Shown here piece by piece: positions 35,984-43,937 of a stretch of 64,000 nt of DNA. The stretch comes from an uncultured Pseudomonadales bacterium (lineage in GTDB: Bacteria; Patescibacteriota; Microgenomatia; UBA1400; PJMF01), in contig CAYOQI010000002.1 in NCBI GenBank assembly GCA_964406075.1, positions 160,565-224,564 on the forward strand, in the 5' to 3' direction. The translations under genes were made by a program, and so were the position numbers. Within the stretch, counting starts at the first letter, position 1; the number at the start of each line of letters is the position of its first letter. The notes under the pieces are model-generated. The model was not told the origin of the DNA. It ran no database searches and saw only the letters and a list, made by a program, of their open reading frames with translations.

Positions 35984-36068
35984 CGGAAGCGATGGGATTC
36001 GAACCCATGAGCCTCTTTCGAGGCGCGGATTAGCAATCCGCTGCACTAGGCCACTATGCGACGCTTCC
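35984..36068 (-). tRNA. tRNA-Ser (anticodon GCT)
   Basis: GGAAGCG-TC-GCA-TAGTGGCCTAG-TGC-A-GCGGA-TTGCTAA-TCCGC-long variable arm-ATGGG-TTCGAAT-CCCAT-CGCTTCC-G. CCA is not encoded. Confidence 0.9.
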
Positions 36069-36112
36069 TATTGGAGTCATATCTTACCATTTATTTGAAA
36101 AAGCTTGGATTT

Positions 36113-36553
36113 TTATTTCTGTGGAAGTTGAGGAAGTACTGAAGTGAAAAATTCTTTATCTTTTCGATGAGTCAAAAGATCAGCTACTTCATTTCGATCA
36201 ACCCAGCGGGCTTCAGGGTTTTCGGGATCTTGAGGAGCTAACGTCATTTGTGTGGTTGTGAATAAAAACATGTGAATCGTTTTTAATTCAGACAAATCAT
36301 CACCACCATCCAAACTAATCCGATATCGATCGTACGATCCTAGAGGTCGGAGTAATTGTAGCTCTGAGATTCCTGACTCTTCTACTACTTCTCGTCGAGC
36401 TGCGGTCATTTCATCTTCACCTTCATCAATATGTCCTTTGGGTAATGACCAGCTATTTCCTTTTTGATTCACGACTAGAACCAAACCATCTGAATTCAGG
36501 ACGACTCCTCCAGCTGCTTGAGTTTTTCTTGTAACAATGTGTGCGTCGGTCAT
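36113..36553 (-). CDS. NUDIX hydrolase
   Basis: Canonical Nudix box GHIDEGEDEMTAARREVVEESG. Confidence 0.9.
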   Translation of the reverse strand: MTDAHIVTRKTQAAGGVVLNSDGLVLVVNQKGNSWSLPKGHIDEGEDEMTAARREVVEESGISELQLLRPLGSYDRYRISLDGGDDLSELKTIHMFLFTTTQMTLAPQDPENPEARWVDRNEVADLLTHRKDKEFFTSVLPQLPQK

Positions 36554-37170
36554 GGTTGAGATCGTAAAGTGATAATTGTTCCCTCGCCACTTTGCAATAT
36601 ATCTTCAGGGAACTCTGGTCGCTCAGCTTGATACAAAATAATATTGGTATCATCTAACTGATCAGGTGCAAATAATACCTGAATTTGTGCCAAATTGGCA
36701 TTGGAATCTGTAACGGTAAACGTCACTGTGGCAACTCGTACTTCCTCATCCGCGTTGGTTTGAACTGGTTCATCTCCAAGTTCTGCACTATTGAATACAG
36801 AAAATTTGACTCTTCCTTCTTCCCACACTTCTTCATGGATTGCAGAAAAAAAGCCCGAAGCCTCTACATTTTTTTCCTCATATTTAATTACTGTAGGATT
36901 ATAGTCTAAATCAAGATCAGCACCCACAACGGGTTGCCCACCCGTGTTCATCAAGACATCTACTTTTATCTCACCGGTTGGAATCGATTCTGGCTGGACT
37001 TCCAATCGAATATACGGACTTGCCAAACCTGGAACAGCTTCAGTCATTGATAAATTTGCTCGTCCTTGAGGAAGAACAAAGAAACGAAAAGCAACTAAGC
37101 TCATCAGGATAGTGAAGAGCACCCCACTAATTCCAGCCAGCTGGATGGTTACAATGTGTTGTTTTTCCAT
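36550..37170 (-). CDS. Membrane-anchored cohesin-like domain protein
   Basis: N-terminal TM helix. The beta-rich domain IKVDVLMNTGGQPVVGADLDLDYNPTVIKY...VATVTFTV...GTIITL matches the cohesin pattern (V.G.D..L.YDP.VL). The family call is by eye only. Confidence 0.55.
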   Translation of the reverse strand: MEKQHIVTIQLAGISGVLFTILMSLVAFRFFVLPQGRANLSMTEAVPGLASPYIRLEVQPESIPTGEIKVDVLMNTGGQPVVGADLDLDYNPTVIKYEEKNVEASGFFSAIHEEVWEEGRVKFSVFNSAELGDEPVQTNADEEVRVATVTFTVTDSNANLAQIQVLFAPDQLDDTNIILYQAERPEFPEDILQSGEGTIITLRSQP

Positions 37171-37832
37171 AAGGTTGCAAATACGACTAAACGTTTGGCA
37201 TAACTTTTATCAAGGGGATTCCAAACGCCATCACAGGTAATCAAAATGAGTTGTTTATCGGCAATATCACCGTAAATTAAATCAGTTGGAAAGGTTTTAG
37301 TCGGATGACTGACAACATCTTGGACTTGAAATAGTAGCTCTTCTTGATTCTCCATTTTAACGTAAATAAGGTCACCCGGATTTAGTCTTCGTAAATTGTA
37401 AAAAATAGCCGGCTTCCCGGTCGTTGTATCGTAGTGAGCAGTCATGATCGCTCCACCCAACTCACCTGGTTTTTTCCCCAATGAATACCACCCTACTTGC
37501 TTGGTATCTTTCGGTACTTCCATCACATTTTGAGCATCTACCCCGACTGGAACTACATCAGCAAACAAACCGAGGTTCGGAATTTCTATTTTTGCAGGAG
37601 GGCTGACTTCGACTTTGGTGGGATCTGGCGTTGGAGTAGTGAGTGGCGAGGGACTAGGTGTGACTTCAGCTAAGCGTGCAACACGAGCGGTTCGTTCTGC
37701 TATCGTATTTTTTTTACCAGACAAGGTACTTTGTTGAACAAGAATATCCACGCCAGTAGCAAGAATTGCCATGACTAATGCAACATTGACCAAGAGAAGA
37801 AGTTTCTGAAATGGAGTCCGCTGTGTTCCCAT
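37149..37832 (-). CDS. Sortase family transpeptidase
   Basis: GGAIMTAHYDT (His), LILITCDG (TLxTC-type Cys) and an N-terminal TM helix. ATG 37832 is preferred over TTG 37859. Confidence 0.75.
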   Translation of the reverse strand: MGTQRTPFQKLLLLVNVALVMAILATGVDILVQQSTLSGKKNTIAERTARVARLAEVTPSPSPLTTPTPDPTKVEVSPPAKIEIPNLGLFADVVPVGVDAQNVMEVPKDTKQVGWYSLGKKPGELGGAIMTAHYDTTTGKPAIFYNLRRLNPGDLIYVKMENQEELLFQVQDVVSHPTKTFPTDLIYGDIADKQLILITCDGVWNPLDKSYAKRLVVFATLWKNNTL

Positions 37833-37880
37833 GTACACATCATAGAAAAAGCTCAGCAAGAGAGCAACTCACAAAAAACA

Positions 37881-39110
37881 TTATCGTTGACAAGTTCCAA
37901 AAAATTGACCAACTAACAAACTATAATCTGTAATATCGACCAACCCATCTTTATCCACATCAGTCCTGGGAATACTTGGTGGGGATTTTAAAAATTCACC
38001 AACCAATAACGAGTAATCTGTAATATCGACTACACCATCTTGATCGACGTCGGCTCGACATACTTCAGATTCAGGTTGGGCGGTCCCGGAAGGACGAGGT
38101 GTTGAAGTGGAAGTTGGTCTTGGAGTTGGTGTCTGAGTAGCTGTGGGTAAAGGTGTCGGCGTCGCAGTAGTAGCAGCTAGTCCCGCGTTCTGTAGAATTT
38201 CTAGCTCAGTAAAAGGTGTAATTGGAGTTGAAAGCCGAGTGTTGAGCACTGCTAACACATCATTCGCTAAGAGCCCCTCCAAAACAGTCCCGGCATGGGT
38301 ATTGTCAGCTAAAATGGCACTTCGAGGATCATTGCTGTTATTTAAGAAAGAAATTTTAACTCCACCCACCGTCATGTTCCCAGTGGAATCAATGCGCGAA
38401 AGATACTTCAAACCTTGTGTAGCTAGGTCGAAATGAATTGCATTATTCTGCTGTGCAATTTGAGTGATATTATTATTTACCTGAGTAATAGCAGCGGTCA
38501 CTTTTGCTCTTTTTGTTGCATCTGGATATCGTCCCCTATTGTAGGGACTATCTCCTGGATCAGGAATATTACCCAAAATAATATGGTCGGGACCAGCAGC
38601 CTTTACGGTCGTGACCGCAGTTCGAATATCATTTGTCATCTGATTTATCTTCGCTGTAAGCGCCGCTCCCGCAAGAGTTCCGTTATAAATTTTATGTCCA
38701 TCAAAATTGGAGTCGTAATAGGCAAAATCATTATTTCCAATCTGGATGTACACCACATCAACCAAACCGGCCTGAACTTGAGCTGCCATTCCGGTGTGCT
38801 GACCAGAAGAGATGAGTGTATTAGTCATTGCTCCTGACCGTGCCCAGTTATACTCATAACCAGTTCTACGAGGCTCTGATCGAGTTCCCCAGGAACCGAG
38901 TGAGAAATTTCTTTTATTTACTAGCAGTTCACCCCAAGAGAGTGTCGTTGCAGCCCATTGTGTGCCACCCGCCCGATTATCATTCGCTCTGTATTCATCA
39001 GAAGTACTATCACTCATGATTCCAAACTTCACGGAAGTTTGCGCAAAAACTGGAGAAAAAGATGCGACAAAAAAACTGAATATAAAAAGCGTGGCAAGAA
39101 AATATTTCAT
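37881..39110 (-). CDS. Secreted SGNH/GDSL-like hydrolase with PT linker and C-terminal dockerin-like module
   Basis: Signal peptide and FGIMSDSTSDEY (block I Ser). The C-terminus is DVDQDGVVDITDYSLLVGEF...DVDKDGLVDITDYSLLVGQF. Confidence 0.7.
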   Translation of the reverse strand: MKYFLATLFIFSFFVASFSPVFAQTSVKFGIMSDSTSDEYRANDNRAGGTQWAATTLSWGELLVNKRNFSLGSWGTRSEPRRTGYEYNWARSGAMTNTLISSGQHTGMAAQVQAGLVDVVYIQIGNNDFAYYDSNFDGHKIYNGTLAGAALTAKINQMTNDIRTAVTTVKAAGPDHIILGNIPDPGDSPYNRGRYPDATKRAKVTAAITQVNNNITQIAQQNNAIHFDLATQGLKYLSRIDSTGNMTVGGVKISFLNNSNDPRSAILADNTHAGTVLEGLLANDVLAVLNTRLSTPITPFTELEILQNAGLAATTATPTPLPTATQTPTPRPTSTSTPRPSGTAQPESEVCRADVDQDGVVDITDYSLLVGEFLKSPPSIPRTDVDKDGLVDITDYSLLVGQFFGTCQR

Positions 39111-39162
39111 TGATTGTTATTGTATAGACTTTTTTTTTAATACACTAGGCACTTAACGTTAA

Positions 39163-40479
39163 CTAAGACTGTCCGGAATCAACATTTCCCATTTCAACAA
39201 TAAAACAGGTGTACTCTCCACCAGCCCCAAATGACAAAAACATGACATGATCACCTGGCTTCAAATCTTCCAATTGTCGACCAAAAGCAATTGGAATTGT
39301 AGCGACAGGAACGTTTCCTTCGTTAATGACCCATTTGATCTGTTCATCAGTAAAGCCTACATTCAGATTTATTAATCTTTTTTTTAGCTCCTGAAAAACT
39401 CCTAAACTTGGATGATGAACAATAACTCGCCTAATATTAGATATCTTTTCACCTTGCTCTATATAATCACCAACTACTTTTGTGGCAATTTCTTGACCTT
39501 TTGTTATAAAAGCTAAGCTAGCTCTAGGACTCATATATACAGCTCCCTTTCCTTCCGGGACTTGAAGATGCTGTGCTGTATACAAATTTTCTTTTTCTCC
39601 TTCATTCCATCCATCATACGGTCTTAGAACTCTTAAATATTTAGTCCCAAAAGGATCAGACATTGATGTATGTGTGATCATTCTCATAGAAGATGCTTCT
39701 TCAGGATGATATTCAAACGAAATTATTGATGCACCAGTTGAAAAGATTTGAGCCGAAAGTGCATCTCCACCATCTTTTGATTTTCGATTACCATCATCAC
39801 CAGCCATTAGTAAAACTTTGGCACTTCTGCTTTTTAAGGTTGATGCAATTAAATGATTAAATTTGCCAGTAAGTACTTCTGCTATTGCACGACCACTCGA
39901 ATTACAAGCCATACAAAATCGCACAACTGGTACATCCGTTCGAATCCCAGCTGCAATTTTCCATTTTTCACCAAATTGTGAATCAATTGGAATACTAGTT
40001 GCCGTTAGGACTAAGTCTATATCTTTTGGAGAAATACCTTGACTTTTAAAAACACCACTTGATAATTCTCGCATCACGATCTGTTGCATTAAACTATAAT
40101 CATTTTCTTCTAATCCCCCTGGGACTTGTAACAATTCAGAAAAACCTGTTGAAGAGGTAATATCTTCAACCACACCTTCATACCCTGTATTTCTCATCAA
40201 CCTTTCTGCTTCTGCATGTATTTTTTTTCGACCGTCAAAATGAACTCCATAGTAGGCACTGCCTGCAGCAATTTTAGATGCTGTACTTATGCGAACTGGA
40301 TCCTGTTTAAACTTCATCTGATCTGCAACTTTCAGTAAATCTTTTCTATCTTGAAGTATTCCTATTTGAGCTAACAAAAACCTTGCTTCTCCATTTGATA
40401 ATTCTTTAAATGAAGATATTTCTGAAAAGGCATTAATTGGTCTAGCTTCTCGAAGTGTAGCCATAAAACTCCTGAACAT
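39163..40479 (-). CDS. KAS III (FabH)-like thiolase-fold condensing enzyme with ~100-aa N-terminal extension
   Basis: Candidate Cys-His-Asn triad in FCMACNSSGRAIAEV, VIVHHPSLGVF and NEGNVPVATIPIAF, followed by GDHVMFLSFGAGGEY. Confidence 0.65.
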   Translation of the reverse strand: MFRSFMATLREARPINAFSEISSFKELSNGEARFLLAQIGILQDRKDLLKVADQMKFKQDPVRISTASKIAAGSAYYGVHFDGRKKIHAEAERLMRNTGYEGVVEDITSSTGFSELLQVPGGLEENDYSLMQQIVMRELSSGVFKSQGISPKDIDLVLTATSIPIDSQFGEKWKIAAGIRTDVPVVRFCMACNSSGRAIAEVLTGKFNHLIASTLKSRSAKVLLMAGDDGNRKSKDGGDALSAQIFSTGASIISFEYHPEEASSMRMITHTSMSDPFGTKYLRVLRPYDGWNEGEKENLYTAQHLQVPEGKGAVYMSPRASLAFITKGQEIATKVVGDYIEQGEKISNIRRVIVHHPSLGVFQELKKRLINLNVGFTDEQIKWVINEGNVPVATIPIAFGRQLEDLKPGDHVMFLSFGAGGEYTCFIVEMGNVDSGQS

Positions 40480-40631
40480 TACTTACAATTTATATTGAAT
40501 GATCAATGAATGAAGAAAATAATGGTAGCAGAAAAAGGAAATACAGACTAGTCCTGAGGAATAAAATCTAATTTAACAATATATAAAACACAAAAAAACC
40601 GACAACCCCTCAATGAAGTTGTAACGCAAAA

Positions 40632-41429
40632 TTAATCTAAGAAAGGTAAAATGACCGGTAGACCAATCTCAATAAAACTTTTTGGCCAGTGATCACCATA
40701 ACGTGCACTAAAGTTGTATTCTTCAGTATCTAAAATACCTACGTGTATCGAATCATCACTCTGATTTATGGTATAGACCAACTGATGAACACCTAAATCC
40801 CAGGGTTCTACATCAAATTTAATTAATTGATTTGAAATCTTGTTTAAAACATCATGGAACTGTCCAAAAAGTTCTCTTTTACTTTGAGAGGTATTCTCCC
40901 AACCACCATTTAGTGCGACCTCATCACGAACAGAAGTTCCTGATATATATTTAAATATTGTGTATCTCTTAGTGGAATCAGTTAGGTTAAGAATACCAGC
41001 CAGAGGAGTTTGAGCTTCATAACTCAATCTGAATTTTTTCCCTAAATATAAAACTTTATCGGGAAGTTCCATTTCAGATAATAATTTTTGAAGTAAATAT
41101 GAGGTTTTAAATTCATGCACAATACTTTCAGTAAAGTATCTTAACTTTGCTTGTGAAGCATCTTCTTTGGGAGCTTTTTCCTTAACTACAACTTTTGTGC
41201 CTTCGAGAATTGGAAAATAAACTTTTCTACGAGATTTTGAATATTCATCTCGAATATAACTCTCAAACCAGGTCGTGCCTTGATTCTTTACAATCGTAAT
41301 CAGTAATTCTGATAGCTCATCAGTACAACCACGAGCAATCAGTAATTCTAATCCGTTAAAACTATGCTTTCTTTCAATTACACTTTGAGAAAGGACTCTT
41401 TCAGTTGATTCATGTTCAATTCTTGGCAT
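40632..41429 (-). CDS. Hypothetical protein, possibly an atypical protein-kinase-like fold
   Basis: 265 aa. VVVKEK (beta3 Lys?), ESIVHEF, PWDLGVHQLVY and GILDTEEY are loosely kinase-like. The call is weak. Confidence 0.5.
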   Translation of the reverse strand: MPRIEHESTERVLSQSVIERKHSFNGLELLIARGCTDELSELLITIVKNQGTTWFESYIRDEYSKSRRKVYFPILEGTKVVVKEKAPKEDASQAKLRYFTESIVHEFKTSYLLQKLLSEMELPDKVLYLGKKFRLSYEAQTPLAGILNLTDSTKRYTIFKYISGTSVRDEVALNGGWENTSQSKRELFGQFHDVLNKISNQLIKFDVEPWDLGVHQLVYTINQSDDSIHVGILDTEEYNFSARYGDHWPKSFIEIGLPVILPFLD

Positions 41430-41565
41430 TTTTGAAAAATATGTAGATTTTTAGCATTAATAAAGTACAGAGAGTGAGGGATTTAGCCTCGTCATGCTCA
41501 AATTATTCTTTTTTGAGTGTATTCGCTTGATCGGGCACTATTGAAATCCCGCTTTCACTCATCTT

Positions 41566-41608
41566 GGCGGACTTTGTCCGCCGAAGCCGAGCTTCAGCGA
41601 GGCGAAGG
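41566..41608 (-). repeat. GC-rich hairpin module abutting the tRNA-Ser(TGA) 3' end (short form)
   Basis: 41578..41607 is identical to 32544..32573 (30 nt). It equals the long form minus 58 bp between gcgaag repeats and includes hairpin GGCGGAC-AAA-GTCCGCC. Confidence 0.85.
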
Positions 41609-41691
41609 CGGAGAGGGAGGGATTCGAACCCTCGATCCTTTCGGATGTCGGTTTTCAAGACCGATGCACTAGACCACTATGCGACCTCTCC
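41609..41691 (-). tRNA. tRNA-Ser (anticodon TGA)
   Basis: GGAGAGG-TC-GCA-TAGTGGTCTAG-TGC-A-TCGGT-CTTGAAA-ACCGA-CATCCGAAAGGATC-GAGGG-TTCGAAT-CCCTC-CCTCTCC-G. Confidence 0.9.
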
Positions 41692-41816
41692 TAAATTAAC
41701 AAACATTAACGAGGTAGTACTGCTGACTGTAAGTCAACATGTGCGACCTCTCCATAATTTACTTAAAACTACTGAGGAAGTCCTACTGGCTGAAAGCCAA
41801 TACGGGGGACCTCTCA
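41692..41816 (-). repeat. Two tandem ~62-nt units, each starting with a copy of the tRNA-Ser 5' end followed by a hairpin
   Basis: Unit 1 (41753..41692) is GGAGAGGTCGCA (12/12 with tRNA nt 1-12), then GTTGACT-TAC-AGTCAGC. Unit 2 (41816..41754) is TGAGAGGTCCCCCGTA-TTGGCT-TTC-AGCCAG-TAGGACTTCC. Confidence 0.75.
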
Positions 41817-41851
41817 TAGATTCAAGAATATCTGATTGTACCAGATAGAGC

Positions 41852-42808
41852 TCAATGTGAAAAAGGTGATTTTGATGCTCGAGCAAACTGATACTCCAAC
41901 CAAGCCTGAAAAAGTGCCACATCCACAGCAAACTGAATCAACGGGGCATAAACAAAATACGTTATCGATTTGATCACAATTCGATGCTTCATCCAACATC
42001 CAATGATGTACAACACGAAAAGACCAATACCAAAAAACTTAATCATTGAAAATGGTACAAACAACAGCGGTAAACCAAGCCCCAATAGGATTCCTATTCT
42101 CCACATTGCAGAGCGAATTTTTTTTGTATGTCTCTCATACTCTGCTTCTAAATCTCCTAGTGCATAATTTGTAACTTTTTCCATTAATGAAGTTAAGGTT
42201 TTTGGTTGCTTCCAAATTACTTGAGCTTCTTTTTTTACTACCCATTTTTTCGCGGATTTTTTTAAACGTTCAGCAAACACTAAATCTTCACAGGTATTTA
42301 ATTCTTCAGGGTATCCTTTTACTTCTTTCCACACTTTTTTTGTAAATGCTAACGAACGGGATGAAGGAAGAAATGTTTTTTCATCAAAATTCCAAGGTCG
42401 AACAGAAGTCACATTGGAAACTATTTCTTCAAATTGGTTTTGAGGATTCGTATCATAGAATCCTGCAACTACATCTGCATATTCTATTAACAAAGGTGCT
42501 GTTATTTTCTCTAACCAATCATTTTTTGGAATACATCCCGCATCTGTAACAATGATAATTTCAGAACTTGCTTTTTTAATACCATAGTTTCTGGCTTGAG
42601 ATCGATTTGATTTTGGAAGTTGATGAACTCGGATTTTTTTATACTCTTTTATTATGGAAAGTGTTGAATCTATTGATCCACCATCAACAAAAAGTATTTC
42701 TGAAGGCTGAGCAGTTTGTTGCTCTAAACTTTGTAACAAAGAATCAATTGTTTGTTCTTCGTTTAAAACTGGAATAACAATCGTGATTGGTAATTGATGG
42801 ACTTTCAT
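41852..42808 (-). CDS. GT2-family glycosyltransferase with C-terminal TM helices
   Basis: ITIVIPVLNEEQTI...VDGGSIDST...IIIVTDAGC. ATG 42808 is preferred. Confidence 0.85.
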   Translation of the reverse strand: MKVHQLPITIVIPVLNEEQTIDSLLQSLEQQTAQPSEILFVDGGSIDSTLSIIKEYKKIRVHQLPKSNRSQARNYGIKKASSEIIIVTDAGCIPKNDWLEKITAPLLIEYADVVAGFYDTNPQNQFEEIVSNVTSVRPWNFDEKTFLPSSRSLAFTKKVWKEVKGYPEELNTCEDLVFAERLKKSAKKWVVKKEAQVIWKQPKTLTSLMEKVTNYALGDLEAEYERHTKKIRSAMWRIGILLGLGLPLLFVPFSMIKFFGIGLFVLYIIGCWMKHRIVIKSITYFVYAPLIQFAVDVALFQAWLEYQFARASKSPFSH

Positions 42809-42821
42809 ATATGAAAGCAAG

Positions 42822-43937
42822 TTATTTACTAAATATATCTAAATATTGGTCGGCACATTTTTGAATTGAAAAGTTTTTTTGAAAATCCTTACTTGCATTG
42901 TTTCCTAACGTATTTCTCATTTCTTTATCCTTCAATGCTTTTACTATGACACTTGCTAAATCCTCGATATCACCAGACTTTGCCAACAAACCTGTTTTGT
43001 TATTTCGAATAATTTCATTTGCTGGTGCATGATCAAATGCGATCACACATTTTCCGAGTGCCATTGCTTCAATCATGACTAACCCAAATCCTTCTAGTGG
43101 CCAGACGGAAGGAAAAACACAAACATCAGATTTCCTCACGTATTCCAAAGAATCTGGCACCCATCCGGTGAATTGTACTCCAGATATGCTCAGTTTCGAA
43201 ATTGTTGCTTCTAATTGTATTTGAAAATCTCCTTCTCCAACATAAATCAATTCACTTTTGGGCAACTCTTTTTTTACTTTCACGAATGCTTGGAGAAGTA
43301 ATTCTTGTCCTTTTCCTGGTTCTAACCTCGACACACACACAATTTGTTGCGAATTATTCTCAGTTTTATTTTTCAAGTATTTTTGAGTATCGATATTTCG
43401 TCCGTTATGAATCACTGTGACTCGTTTTTCTGTAAGCTGAGTTGAGTCAATTAAATGATCTTTAGTGTGTTGAGAGGGAGTGATAATTTGAGTTGGAACA
43501 GACAAGGCAGATTGATACAAAAATTTTGGGAGATATAAAAATTTATTAAATACCGTTTCCAGTGGTCCATGTTCTAACCAAACAACTTTCACATTGAAAT
43601 ATTTTGCTAAGTGAGAGACGACAATTTTTTCTGGAAAGCCACTTAAAAAAATGACATCAGCATCTTTTTCTTTTTGAACAATATTGAAATAAATCAAAAA
43701 CGCTTTCGGGAAAAGGATCATTGCTTTCAGTAAGCCTTTCCAATTTCCAATAATATCTATGAGTACATCAATATGTTCAGTTTCAATTCCTTCTCGCTGT
43801 AACATTTTTTGAAAACGAGTGTGAGTAACATACGCCTTCACTTCATGACCTTGCTTCTTCCATTGACTAAGCAAATCTGTCTCCAAAACTTCAGCTCCAC
43901 CAATTCCTAGTGTTTGATTTATAAATACTATCTTCAT
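42822..43937 (-). CDS. GT4-family (Glycos_transf_1) glycosyltransferase
   Basis: GIGGAEV...EGFGLVMIEAMALGKCVIAF. There is a 4-nt overlap with the upstream gene. Confidence 0.85.
   Translation of the reverse strand: MKIVFINQTLGIGGAEVLETDLLSQWKKQGHEVKAYVTHTRFQKMLQREGIETEHIDVLIDIIGNWKGLLKAMILFPKAFLIYFNIVQKEKDADVIFLSGFPEKIVVSHLAKYFNVKVVWLEHGPLETVFNKFLYLPKFLYQSALSVPTQIITPSQHTKDHLIDSTQLTEKRVTVIHNGRNIDTQKYLKNKTENNSQQIVCVSRLEPGKGQELLLQAFVKVKKELPKSELIYVGEGDFQIQLEATISKLSISGVQFTGWVPDSLEYVRKSDVCVFPSVWPLEGFGLVMIEAMALGKCVIAFDHAPANEIIRNNKTGLLAKSGDIEDLASVIVKALKDKEMRNTLGNNASKDFQKNFSIQKCADQYLDIFSK

Noticed and set aside
41771-41800. GAGGAAGTCC resembling the RNase P RNA CR-I motif GAGGAAAGUCC
   Set aside because: It is one base short of the consensus. 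It sits in a 150-nt space with none of the other conserved RNase P regions, and it is the complement of the tRNA-Ser 5'-flank hairpin unit.
41564-41848. 94-aa + strand ORF, plus the 41734..41931 and 41814..41999 ORFs
   Set aside because: They cover tRNA-Ser(TGA), its GC trailer and the tandem 5' units. There is no coding signal.
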